64,000 nt of DNA from Blasia pusilla (Eukaryota), in contig CM114271.1 in assembly GCA_050084515.1 (NCBI GenBank), positions 20,026,001-20,090,000 of the forward strand, in the 5' to 3' direction. The notes beneath the pieces were generated by a model. The model did no database searches and had not been told where the DNA came from. It saw nothing but the letters and a program-made list of their open reading frames with translations. The position numbers were made by a program, and so were the translations under genes. Below, piece by piece: positions 39,481 through 51,987 of this stretch; the first letter of the stretch is position 1; every line of letters begins with the position of its first letter.

Positions 39481-41094
39481 GTTAAAATCATAAGATCTAG
39501 ATACAACTCTTCCATGATTCTTCGATTCATTTGCAATATCATGAATATTAAGTTGAGAAAATTGGGGATGCCCCCTTACATCAAGATGTAAGGATCCAAT
39601 ATAATGGTAATTGTCGTGCGCCTACTCTCCTCGAACATCAATCTCAATGTCGCAAAAGCGTACGTTCAGTAGGACACACTCTCATCGTCGACCTACACCC
39701 AAACACACTCACGTTAGTCTGGCTTTGGGTCAAGCGGCTTTCCAACCCGCCGAGTTCTCAACACGGCATCTAATCAAGCTCAATTTTCCCTCTTTCCTAG
39801 GTTCCCAACACGGGCAAGTCTTCCGAGACATAGGACACACTCTCTAGTTAGTCCAAACCCCTAAAACGGCATTTGTGTGCCTAGTGGTCCCAAATGTCCA
39901 ACAGACTTCGCATGAGTTCCCAATCGATACTCAAAAATATGAGTCGCGAATTGGAATCCAATAGGGACCTCCAAAATCCACTCTATTGGACTTGGTTCGG
40001 ATTTTGAATCCTAACACCAAATTCCCAATCCGTTTCGTGCCCTTGAGTCGCCCCACGACGCCCCAAAGTGGGGTTCGAGTCCCAAGCACTCTTGGAGACC
40101 TTCCCCCTTACTAGTACTTTTGGGGATCTCCGGGGTCCCCCTACCTTTGGGAAAGAGCACCCGGGCCCCTCTTTTTGGCCCTCAACCTGACTCCTCTTAC
40201 ATTCGGTTTTTGGTCCATATCTCAGCCTATGCGCATATATTTGCCAAGATCTTTGATGCGTTGGAACCAACTCAGCATAAGCTTCCCAACACTACCTTAG
40301 TTGTCCCAAATGCATCTTGGGACTAAAAGTTATGGTCAAAAGTACAATCGAAAACTCCCAAACACTGCCCGCGTCTCAAGTTTGGTTCTCACCCCTCGGT
40401 TGAGGCTCGTCCAAGACTTGACTCTTCTCAAGTATGAGTTATGCGTTTGGTTCAGGTTTCCTGTTTGTGATCATAAACGCACAAAACAATCGAAATGCTC
40501 GCCTTGCTCATGTCTCGTCCTTGTATTTTCTTAACTCCAAAGCACAAACCATCCTAGCGTGAGCTCGCTAGAGTTCGGATGTTCCGCTTGGCATTCGTTT
40601 GGTTATGAGGGTCGCGAAAATAATGGTGATGCTGATGTTGAGTTAGAAAGGACGATTCCTTGTGGAGATGGTATGCGCGTGACTAGAGCTAGGGGAAGAG
40701 GAGGAAGAGTTGGTGAGACGTCTTCGCCGATATTACATATATCTGATGATGAATTAGATGAGATAGAATGAGTTCATATTTATATCTTTGTAATGTTCAT
40801 AAGTATTAGGTTCCTCTCAATCCATAATTTTTCTTGGATACTACTCATTTTTTGTAAAAACATTTTTAAAAAAAAACAAAATATTCCATTGAGAAGACTT
40901 GTGAAAGTGCACCGGTCATGAATGTTGTCCATGAAGTGAGTTCATGAAATGGTGAAATCTTTCTCTTGGGTTATAAGTCCTTGGGTAAGGTGGGATCAAT
41001 TTTGAGATAAATCAAGGTCATAATTGACTTTGGGATCATTAAAATTCAGAGTTAGTGTAAGATAATGATGGGAAATTGAAATTATTGATCATTA

Positions 41095-41122
41095 GCCCGT
41101 GCATCGCACGAGTATTTACTAG
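41095..41122 (+). mobile_element. Helitron 3' terminus signature
   Basis: GC-rich hairpin CGTGC-ATC-GCACG, 8 nt upstream of CTAG, followed by T. Confidence 0.6.
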
Positions 41123-42049
41123 TCCTATTAATACGTAATGATTTGCAACCACGGAATTTGTTAATTACAAAAATGTATTTGAGAAGCTTAACTTCTATAT
41201 TGGATTCAATTTTCCTCCATATAGAAATTTTGTTTTGAACTAGTACAAGGGAGACTCAAACTACTTTCTCTCCGCGTAGAATTCTCAAATTTTGTGCTAG
41301 CACCAAGGTAGCTCCAAGCACTTCTTACAATGACCGATCGAAAAAAAACCATAACATAACATTAATTTTTTAAATAGGATTTTTGAGATACACAATTTTA
41401 ACAAACTTCCCACTTCGGGTAGGGCACTTGTGAGCCCCCCTCCCATGAAGAATGAATCAAAAAGTAGAAGGATGGTTCACATGGAGCTCCCCTTCTCTAG
41501 TTTCGTTTGCCTCCGTTTCAACCCTTTTTCTACATTAAGTTGTTTTTAATTTTGCGGGTTGAGGAGGGAAGGATAGGGATTTGGGGTACACACAAAGTAT
41601 AGAGCATTTCACACATTCCTGAGAGCATTTTATATGGCCATATCATATTCAAGGGATTGTGATGTTTTTTTTGAACTTATTTTTTTAACAACAATCTGAA
41701 CATAAATACTATAGTAGATGAAGAATAAGGAGATTTTCATTTAGACTATTTTAACTATCATTATGGATGTTTTTTAGTTGTTTTTTGCATGGTTTCTTGA
41801 CGACGGGATGTTTAGTGAACTCGAGCTCAATACTTTTATGATGGGGACCACATAAGATCTCGGAGTTGATATTAAAAAATTATTAATGTTATGTTTCATG
41901 ATTGAAGAGTGACATCAAAGTCAATCAAATGAAAGAAGAGAGTTTAGGATAATACAAAGACAATTCACATGGTGTGAGATCATTCATAAAGAGGTTTGGA
42001 CTTATAACGACGATTTTATTTACACTCACATGAGAAGTCAATATAGAAT

Positions 42050-42900
42050 AGTTTTTGAAATTTTGTAGAAACTAGTAGATGTGATTAAACCATAAATTCC
42101 ACCCATGCCAATGTGAAAAAGTTGAGATAGCAAAGTGTGTTGTGATAATTATTTATCGATTCGTCTAGAATCCATCACTCCAAGTCTTAAATGAATTAGA
42201 TGGGATTGGAAAATAAAACATTGTTAAGTACACATCCATAATCATTGACATTCTAACGATTAGACATAAATTGTATGCCAAATATGTTAGATGGCCAACA
42301 ATTGATGAAATGATTGAACAAATACATAAATATAAGCGTATTTGTGGAGTTTCACAAATCCTAAGAGCCATAGATGGATCTCACATAAAACTTAAATTCA
42401 AATTTGATATCAAATATTTCCTAGAGCACTATAAGAATCGTCACTCTAATTATTTGGTGCTTCTCCAAGGCATATGTGATGTTGATGTGAAGTCTTGGAA
42501 CTTACATTGTATTGAGCCTGGATCCACTCATGATGTTGCGTATTCCAGGAAATCCATAATGTGTCAATGTATTGAAGAGAAACATATCCTTTCTCAATTA
42601 GAAATCACATTACCACTCGATCATTGAGAGGTTCAAGTCATTCCGCCAATAATACTTGGGATATCACCTATTCTCTATGACCATGGCACCATGGCTACTA
42701 AAGCGTTTCCATCAAAACCTTCATCAAGGAAATCCATTGGAAAACATATTTATAGACATACATCAAAGGCAAAAGTGACAATAGAAAATTCTTTTGGTCA
42801 TTTGAAAGGAATATAGATAATTCTACGTGATTGCCTAATATCTAAAAATTGTTTCTAAGTGACGCTTGCATGTGGAGTTCTGCATAATTTTATTATCCTA
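42050..42900 (+). pseudogene. PIF/Harbinger DDE transposase remnant
   Basis: YVRWPT...AIDGSHI...YKNRH...VLLQGICD...PGSTHD, then IENSFGHLKG and ACGVLHNF. Confidence 0.85.
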
Positions 42901-43229
42901 AATGCAAAGCCTTTATCGCAAGAAATCAATCTAGTGGATTAGAGGATGGATCTTTGAATTATCCAATCACAACCTAGAAGTGAATTTTAGAGAAAAAGAA
43001 CAATCTCGGATGAATTAGTGCGGGCAACATTGTTTAAGGAGTTTTATGACATACTTGCTTACTTAAGCGATGACAAAACTTGAGATGGATCATACACACT
43101 TATTTTTTAGAAGTAGGCATTGTTGATGATTGTCCACCTTTCTTTTCTATCTCCATTTGGAGCTCCATATGGCGAAGTTCAAACATTTGAGACATTAGCT
43201 CCAATTTTTATCTTCTTGTTGAGCTTTCT

Positions 43230-43866
43230 TCTAACTTGCAAGGTTGCACGGAAGTCGCCCGCCCTAGCCCACGCCTCCCATGTTCGGACAAGTCCTCGGA
43301 CATGTCCGGCCCGTATCCAAGCCCGCCTCGGAGCCCTCCACCTAGACTTGGGCTAATAGATCCGACACCCGTTGCGTGGCCCGCATGGCAAGCTCGGGGC
43401 GGGAAAATGCGGACTGAAGGCGGGCAAGCGCGGGTTGAGGGCTGGTTGGGCGCAGGCTCCTGGCTGGCAGGTGTTGGCTAGGACGGGCAAGCGCATGCTC
43501 AAAGTTGATTGGGCGTGCGCTCTGTACGGGCAAGTACGAGCTCGAGGCGGGCAACTATGGGCTAGGGAGGGCAGGTGTGCGCTCAAGGTTGATTGGACGC
43601 AGGTTCTGGGCAGGCAGGTGCGGGTTCAAGGTGGGCACGCTCGGGCTCTAGGCGGGCAGGCGCGGGCTCTAGATGGGCAGGCGCAGGCTTGAGGCCGGCC
43701 TTGAGCCCGCACCTAGGGCCTACACGCGGGCTCAGAGCCCGCATCGAGCCTGCCCAAGGCCGAGCTGCGGGCCACGCAATGGATGCGGGCCCCGGGTACC
43801 GAGGTCCGCACATACATGTTCGTCCATAGGATGGACATAAGTTCGCGGACACGGACTTTTTCAGTG
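43230..43866. mobile_element. GC-rich internally repetitive insertion, possibly a non-autonomous CACTA-like remnant, between the Harbinger ORFs
   Basis: Abrupt GC-rich block with repeated GGCGGGCAGG/GCGGGCTC motifs. Right end reads ...TTTTTCAGTG (CACTG on the minus strand). No clean left TIR. Confidence 0.35.
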
Positions 43867-43954
43867 TATTCCTAATTCCTTTAGTTGTAGGCCTCTAAAC
43901 ATATGTATTTCAGCATAATATTCCCACTCTACTTGGTTTGGCACTCATTTGACC

Positions 43955-44300
43955 TTATTTCATATTTCCACTCTTATACTTTTTTACTAACCCATCTAAT
44001 TTTTTTCTTAACATATGTGACTCATATGTTATGATCACTTGAGATATTTGATTCGTGTGAATTGCAAGCAATTGCCATTGATCTTGGCTCACATTGCCTC
44101 GATTACAATGATGGAAGTAACACTCTTCATACAAATTTATATTATTATTGGAGAGTACCTTCTTGATTTGCAAACAACTCTTTGCTTGACATGTAACAAG
44201 TGGCCAACAAGAAAATATTTAATATCCTACGGACAACAGAAAATTATTTCCTCCTCCGAGGGTAGCAAGAAAAAAGATTTTATGTATAACATGATTAGTC
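43955..44300 (-). pseudogene. Putative Myb/SANT-like accessory ORF of the Harbinger element
   Basis: QDQWQLLA...LRKKLDGLVKKYK resembles the trihelix/Myb-like motif, and the ORF is convergent with the transposase. Confidence 0.5.
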
Positions 44301-46992
44301 ATTCCATTCATGTGCATGGCACGAGCTATCCACTAATCAAGAAATATTCTTTCATTTTCTTTACTCATTCAACTTTTGTATTTTAGAGAGGGAGGTTCTA
44401 AAATCAAGACTGCAAAATTCATAGTGATAAGGATCATCACATAAGAAGCCCTCAAACAATGCATAGGAGGAAACATGAAGGAACGGAATCGTATAAAAAA
44501 CCATACCCAACCATACAAGAAAATTGTTCATTGGTCTTGGTTGAAATTATATATTGTTGTGGTCGGATACCACAATGTTTGTTGATACGTTATAGTCCTC
44601 TCCATGTAGTCAAATATTTCCTGTACCTTCAAAATACAATTTTTTTATACAATCCAAATCCTATTGTGCAAATGACTCCACAAAGAGATAAAGGATACTT
44701 CAATGTACATTGCATTCACATGTCCAAAAATTTAAAAATGGGTTTAGAGATCTTCTTATTGCGACAATTTTGACTCCAAAAATAAAGCATGAAAAAAATT
44801 GATTATTCTAATTTAATACACTCTCAAGTTTACGTTTCATAAAACTTACCTTTAAGAAAAGAGGAAAGCAAGTCTCTCTTTACCCAGATGGTCACAAAAT
44901 GGAAGATATATATATATTGAAGTGCCCGTTCATCCAAAGTTCTTCATCCACCCTATTTGTAGAGTCAAACCGGATGGAAAACCATAGGGAAAGAAGACGA
45001 GGAAGAAGGGGGCTCCATTCCGACTCCGTTCAAACGGAGTGACCAAATATTTGGGGGATATACCTCCAAACACCTCCATGTGAATAGGTAAGAAACCATC
45101 CGTTTCTATGTCCATCCAATGGATGGAAATATCGGGTTTTCCATCCGTTTCTATTTCCATCGATGGAAAGTCCAAGAAAATGCGGAGGCGGATCTCATAG
45201 AGTCGGGGATTTTAAAACGGTGGCGAAGACAAGCGGATTGGCCATACAAACCTCCGTGAGGTTGTGTGGATGTTTGGAGTTTACGGGGTTCTTGAGAGGA
45301 AGGCGAATCCACGAGTCTTCCATGATTTCTTGGGTCGTCTTTTCACCCACTCATGTTGACCTCCTCTCTCTCCCCCCTCTGGACTGCGAGGGACCTCCGG
45401 AGGAAGAGGAGACCTGCGCAGGAAAGGAGGCGAGCGCGGGGGCCGATCGGAGTCCGACGAATCGAGCGCGCCATGGCGGAGACGCTGTCCGATTGCCGGG
45501 GGGGGGAACTAGGGTTGTGGCGATCGCTCGCGGAAGCGGCGAAACGAGTCGATGCGTTGGAGGGTTTGCGTTGAGCGGTGTTTCGAGATGTTGGGAAGCT
45601 GTGTGTCTTGGAGGGCACGAAGCGAATGGAGAAGGACCGAAGGGGGGCGAGCTCCCCGTTTGGAAGGAGGAATCATTAACCATCAGTACCAATTGGTCTT
45701 TAGACTCTTTACAGTGGAGCCTGGCAGGACTCCGCTGCTGCTTTCGCTTCCGAGCGATCATGGATGTGTGCAGGCGGGATCCGGGAAGAATCCGATGGCG
45801 GCAAGGGCCACGTTGAGGCGTCGTTGTTGGCGTGGAAGGAGTCGGTCAGGCGGGAATTCTTGTGCCGAAGGGATGGATAGACAGACGGGCAAGTGCAGTC
45901 AGAAAATATCCTTCTGCAGATCGGTTCCTGAAAGTGAGTGCGCGAGTGGTGGAGGATTATGATCTATCGCGACGGTTATGGAAACGATAATGGGCAGCAG
46001 GCGTTCGGTGGTATCCGAAGAGCGGCAGATCTGGTGAGGAAGAATGGTCCGAGTCTTACGCTCAGGGGGGCGTTGGTGGATTCCCTGTTGAAATAAGCGC
46101 ACCTGTCTCTGCAGGAGGTGCAGCACAAGGTGCGCTGCCATATATTATTAGAACCTCCGGATGTCATACAAGCGGACCGTGTTTGGTGACGAAATCCTGT
46201 TTCCTTTCCGGGAACAGAGACTGCGTTGCATCCCGGTCGCTACTTCCACATTTGCCATACCCTGTGTGGGTCTCAGTTTCGAGAGCTCTTTCGACTTTCT
46301 CAAAATTCGTAGCGTGCCACTCCAACTCCTCTTTTGCGCTTTACCCTCGATTGTTCCAAGTTTTTCTACTTCCTTCTGCAATGTTCGTTGCGGCATTAAA
46401 GAGGTAAATTGTTTCTTCATAAATAGGCGCCCGTGATGCTTCCGGCCTCCCAAATGGAAACACTCCGAAGATGGGAGACGACATTCACAAAGGTCGGGGT
46501 GAAAGGCCTTAGGGTAGGACAAAAAAGTTTTAAGCACCTAGGGGAGATGACCCCTTAGATCCACAGCCAAATGAGTGAGACAGTTCCTCGCAAAGAGACA
46601 TCCTTCAAATCGCTTCACATTTCTTCCAGAACCTTATGTACACATGCCACGGCTATCTTGTGTTTGTCTCTAAAATTGGTCTGTTTCGCTCCACGTTTTG
46701 TGGCGTGATAACCTCAAGGAGCACCAGTAACATTTCCAGATCATTTACAGCCGTCTAGCTAGATTTTGATCCAACTGCTCAAAGTCCTGCGTGCAATGCG
46801 AGGTAGGAAGGGGAATTCAAAACCTTCAAACCCATCGTTGGAAACTACCGAAGAAGATATCTACACCTCATCTCAAATACGAACACAGTCAGACTTTTTC
46901 TCAGCCTTTCTTTACATCGTTGGCTACTACAAAGGTTTCTCTTATAACCACACTAATTATTTTGCTCGGAAGGAACCTCCCCACCAATCAAC

Positions 46993-49712
46993 TTAGTCCG
47001 AAGGGCCTTCCAGGGCGGTGAAGATGTCTGTCCTTGTAACAATCCCTGCACAAACAACCTCGTTACAAAACACTTACTTGAAAATGTTTCTGTTGAAACA
47101 AGACATTTCAAACTGTCCGGCACATGTACAGGTAAAAAGCTCCCCGGTTCAGAAGTTCAAGATTCAGTAATTGTGCTAAATCACTGCTAAACCTGCTCAG
47201 ATGAGTCTCTGAATTCGATGATTTGTGAATCAAATGGTATCTTAGGACAACACATACCCACAACTTGTTGGTTTGAGTTCAAAATTGGGATACGATGGAT
47301 TTTGTTTTTCAACATCAGCACGGCAGCATCTGCATAGAATTTGGTCATGTTAGGAGCACGGTCTTCTTTGTCCAAGCACTAACTTAAAGGAACAGGATGT
47401 GAAAGCATCAGTGCAGATTGGGTACCAACTCAGATCAACCTTACCACGTACTATGGAAAAGACTGGCAAGTTTTGATCACAACTCTTCCACCAGACCCTA
47501 TTCAGTACTCTTAGCATTAAAACATGGCTAGTTTGGAGAGTTTTATCAGCCACGAGGCCCAGATATATGAGATTAGAGAAATCACATGAGAAGCTTGTGG
47601 CAGAAAACCAGGAATCTAAAGCCAAGTGAGAGAAAAACCGTGTATCCTGAATATTAGTACCTGAGACTGTTTTGTCAGCAGACAAGGTAATGGCAGGCGA
47701 GGTCATGAGGTCTCGCACTAATGCCTTACCCTGCAACAAGACAGAAAGCTTTGGTCATCATCACAATCCCTTCCCTATTTCACTTAGCTGGACATCATCT
47801 AGGGGATGCATTTACACTCTACCAGCTCAGATAATTCTACAGACTTGTTTCTTCAGATGAATACTCAGAAAAGAAACATAAAGATTGGTTACAATAAAGT
47901 TTTGGATATTCCATATCATACATACCCCATAGATGGACTTTGTTCTATCCTTCCTGGAGAGGACTCCAATGCACTTCAGTTCCTTATCGATAACAGGCAG
48001 ACCGGATATCTCTGAAAAATGATGATCTACCTCCTCCAAAGCCTGATCGGGGAAAGCTGTGTAGATTTTTGTTGACATCACTTCTGCCAAAAAGGACTCT
48101 GGTTGGGCCTGCAAAATATATAGAATTTTGGCACGGGCTTTAGAAATCATGCCGGAACTTTCAGAAAAAGTCGGCCCAAACCCGTGAGCCTTTAGTTTAC
48201 ACTCCACGTAGAGTGACACTCTTGTTACTAGGCTCAGATGTCTTGACTAGGAGGAAGATTCGTGTGGATGAGAAGATCACACAACAAATGACCAAAGACA
48301 CTGCCACATTCCCTCGTGAGAGTGGGAATAATTCGTCAGAATTTTCATTGACAGAGGAAACTTCAATAGGACCATTTCCCAGACTACAATAACCTCCACG
48401 CAAGAACCGACATTAAAGACAACATTGTCTCCTGGGGACACAATAATAGCATGCAGAAACTGTAAGCCTCACAATGCACCATTCCGATAATAAAAAAAAA
48501 AATGCCACATTAATTCCAGAGAGTGCCTGTTCTGTTCTGCCTCTGGATACGAGGCTCACACAGCAAATGTGTTGAGTATGCTGCGCACACCAAATGGAAC
48601 AATTACAGAAGGGATGATCTCTACTAAATACGGGAAGATAATACAGACTCAGATTGTAGAGGGTAGCATGGAGCGATGTAGATCAACAAGAGTTCCTCAA
48701 TTCAGATGAGGAGCGCCGACGACCCAGGAAAATCCCGACAACTACAACGGATGCATGAAGCCACACGGTCGCCACACAAATGACAAAGGACACCTACGAC
48801 ACAAATTCAGAAGGTTGGACCACAACTCTTCCAAAAATTTAGCGATCGGCGCAAATTATGACGACCTACGACTCATCAAAGTAACCGACACCAGTGTTAA
48901 AAAGTTGGAACTGACGACCGATTAAGCATGCGTCAAGAAAGAGCTTTTCTGAAAAGTTACCAGCGGACAACATCCGTCCTCGCACATCTTCTTGTCATTA
49001 TTCAAGACTCACTCCTTCCTACGCACTACAAGGCTAGTACTAATTGCGCGGCATTCTCAGATGTCCAAAAACAACTTCTCAAGACCCGCAGCGATTGCGC
49101 CTACGGCGACGGTTCCGGGAAAGAGGAAAAAAAAAACAAGAACTAACCAACAAACTGAACATACTCCTCCCAAACCAAGTACCAAAGAGCACCAGAACTC
49201 GTACAAACGACCTCCAACACTGCTAGAAAGGCAGCTACCAGGGAGGCCAAGATTTCTCCGGACAGCCCCCGGCACCCGATAGCTTGAATGACCGATAATA
49301 TATCCTACTCCTCGCAGAACTCAGTCAGCCGCGAGGTTCAACAGGCACGGAAGAGATGTACGAACCGACGAACGCTACGCACCTTGGCCTTGAATAGCCC
49401 CGGCTCATAGTGAGCAATGAGATCCTGGAAATTCAGCACCGAGTAATTCTCTGGCCACTCGCTGGAAGGAAGCACATCACCCTCGATGCTACTCTTCGTC
49501 TCGACTTCCACATCCACCCCTTCTCCGGCAGCTCTCACGCGCAAGCCACTCTTCCTCCTCATTCCCATCCTCCCTCCGCTTCTCGCCCTCGGGAACCAGC
49601 AGCTCGCGCGTCCTCCCCATTGCTGCCCACTCGCCCCCACGACATCGCGATCCCGAGCTCCTACTATCGCCACTCCCGCAACTCCTGCTTTCAATGCCAC
49701 TGCCATTTTCAT
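46993..49712 (-). CDS. CBS-domain-pair protein (CBSX-like) with transit-peptide-like N-terminus, 5 exons, ~235 aa
   Basis: GT-AG exons in consistent phase: 49712-49383, 48108-47926, 47730-47661, 47329-47258, 47045-46993. CBS motifs EVMSTKI...ISGLPVID...IGVLSRKD and VRDLMTSPAITL...IHRIPIL...VVGIVTRTDIF. Confidence 0.9.
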
Positions 49713-51524
49713 ATCTCTTCCCCTCGCTCCTCACCGCCTCGATCGCCACACAATCCACCCCCACCCCCACGCACAACACAAACAATACAGCCCCAGAGAT
49801 TTCTCCTCCTTCTTCCCGTCTGCGCTCGATTCTGCCCGCCTCCTGCGATCGGTTTTCCGCGGCAGCCCACACAAATAGACGATAGCGCTGCGAACGAGGG
49901 AGCTCGAGAACAAAGATGCGCTCCCCCGCCCTCCCCTACCCTACCGAGCTACCCCACCAGCGCGCGCCTCGTGGCTTCCCGTAATTCGTGAAGACCGCAG
50001 TGGCCTGCCACACATACGCTCCAGGTTGTCAACCACGCAGGCGAGACCCGCTTTGATCTAAAACCGTCCATATGAGGATCGGACGGTCCATCGAGACTCG
50101 GCTGTGGGGACTGCGTCCGTCCAATGGTACTCACTCGCTTCACAACCACGTAGGGCTAACTTACGGCGACGAATAGCCGTCGACTGTTTTCGATCTTGCG
50201 GGTATGGGCTTTTACTAATTTTGGGAGTCGAATCCCCGTAGTAGTGAGCCCTTCGTCATCTGGCCCAATCTACGAGCATCAACTTATCGCGCGATAAACA
50301 TCCAGTCAGCAAACTCAACCCTAGTGGTCAACGCAGGGAGCCTCTGAAGCTCGATCCTGACTGTGCATCTGAGATCCAGCCATTACCGAACGTCGATTCC
50401 CACCAGTGCTAGGGGAAGAGCGAGTTAACGTGACTAACCATGGTAAGACGTCAACCTCGTTGATTAGAACTATGGTACTGTGTTCGGACTTTTCTGCTAC
50501 CAGATTAAGATGATATTAAGTCGCTCAAATGCGTTCGTACGATCTGAAATCTTAGAAATTCACCACCGTCGATTACTATTGCCAACTTAGTTAGACCAGT
50601 AGTAATAATAATAAGACATGCATACAGTATAAGAGAATCTTCTAATGAACTATGTGAAGCACCCGGTTCAGTTAGCTCACTACGTTAGTTCTGGATACAG
50701 TTGATCTCGCCTTCCCTATCTTCGCAACGCGGTGATGGTGGACCCGGCCCAGCCACGTGCTGATGCTACAGTAGCTGGCCTCATCCCTTTCGGAAGTGGA
50801 TAGGGGAGACAAGGAGAGGGCCCACAAGCCCACGTGGGACAGAATCCATCCGTTGGCCCGTCTTTTTCCATGGTAAGAAGTAGGGTTTTGGAGATATTTC
50901 CATATTTCTTAATTAATTATACATTTTTATGAAAATATAAATTTTATTTGAAAATGTCATTATTGAGCGAGTACTTTCATTATGCTCATCTCCGCCCCCA
51001 TTCTTACAAGTGTCTTCTCCCCAATTCCTTGAGAAAATATCCCAATGCCACACGAACATTTCATTTGCTTTAGGAAAAAGGGTTTCTTGATTATAATTTA
51101 AAACTTAATTTTATCTGTTGGCATTTTTATGGCTCCGGATTCATTTTTATTGCCATTGGGTCATGTGTTATATGTATTATAAATGTAATCTGAGTGGAGC
51201 GAGTACTTTCATTTGGCAGGTAAAATTAAGACCACTATTTTGTGGAAGTTGTGTAAGAATCTTACAATGTACACACGCTTTTGGATTAGTTTGAGCATTT
51301 TCCACATACACGCAACTTCTGTGTATTGATGGACTAAAGGGAGTATAATGCTATGTTCACTATTTAAACAAGCCACTAATATGCGAGACAAGGCAACAAC
51401 ATACATGCAATAGGACTTTCAAAAGTATTCTCATTTCTTTATTCCTTGCATAGTTTCACACATAGCTAAAGGTTAACATCCACATATGGAGATATTTTTT
51501 CAGTTTTCTCTACTCGTACTATTG

Positions 51525-51987
51525 TGTCATGGTAGATGAGGCGTAGGACGAGATAATATCAAGGCCTTAGAGGGGTATTGTATTTCTCTATTTTGAGAGG
51601 TCATATGTGACATGTTCTTAGGAGGTGACCTATGAGTATAGGTCACCCTTCCCTCCATGAGGAGTGGCAATCTTGGAGAGGTTGACCTTCCCAATCATGT
51701 ATGGCTCCACTTGGACCTATAGGGTCGTTTGGTAGTTGGTCTCATGAGGGGACCACATGTGTAATTGTTAGGGAGCTAGTATGGGTGTACTACAAGTGAA
51801 TAGTGACCTGTTAGGAGGGAGGTGACATGTGTGTACATGCCACCTATGGAGGTGCTTAGGGGGATATACCTCGGATGAAGCTTATTTGGGGCTCATCTCC
51901 TAAGGATTGCAGACCCTTGTTGGGATTCGTGATTTAGAGCGGCTTGCATGTATTGAGCCTGGATTCTCTCTTGAAGAGTGGGCTAGG
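51525..51987 (+). repeat. Terminal repeat A1 of copy 2 (463 bp)
   Basis: Matches 62242-62704 and the copy beginning at 62815. Confidence 0.92.

Noticed and set aside
41422-44928. GGGCACTT / AAGTGCCC as Harbinger TIRs
   Set aside because: Only 8 bp match, and there is no TAA/TTA target duplication.
45163-46537. ORFs of 129-217 aa downstream of the CBS gene
   Set aside because: No recognisable domains. Likely GC-rich UTR or intergenic sequence.
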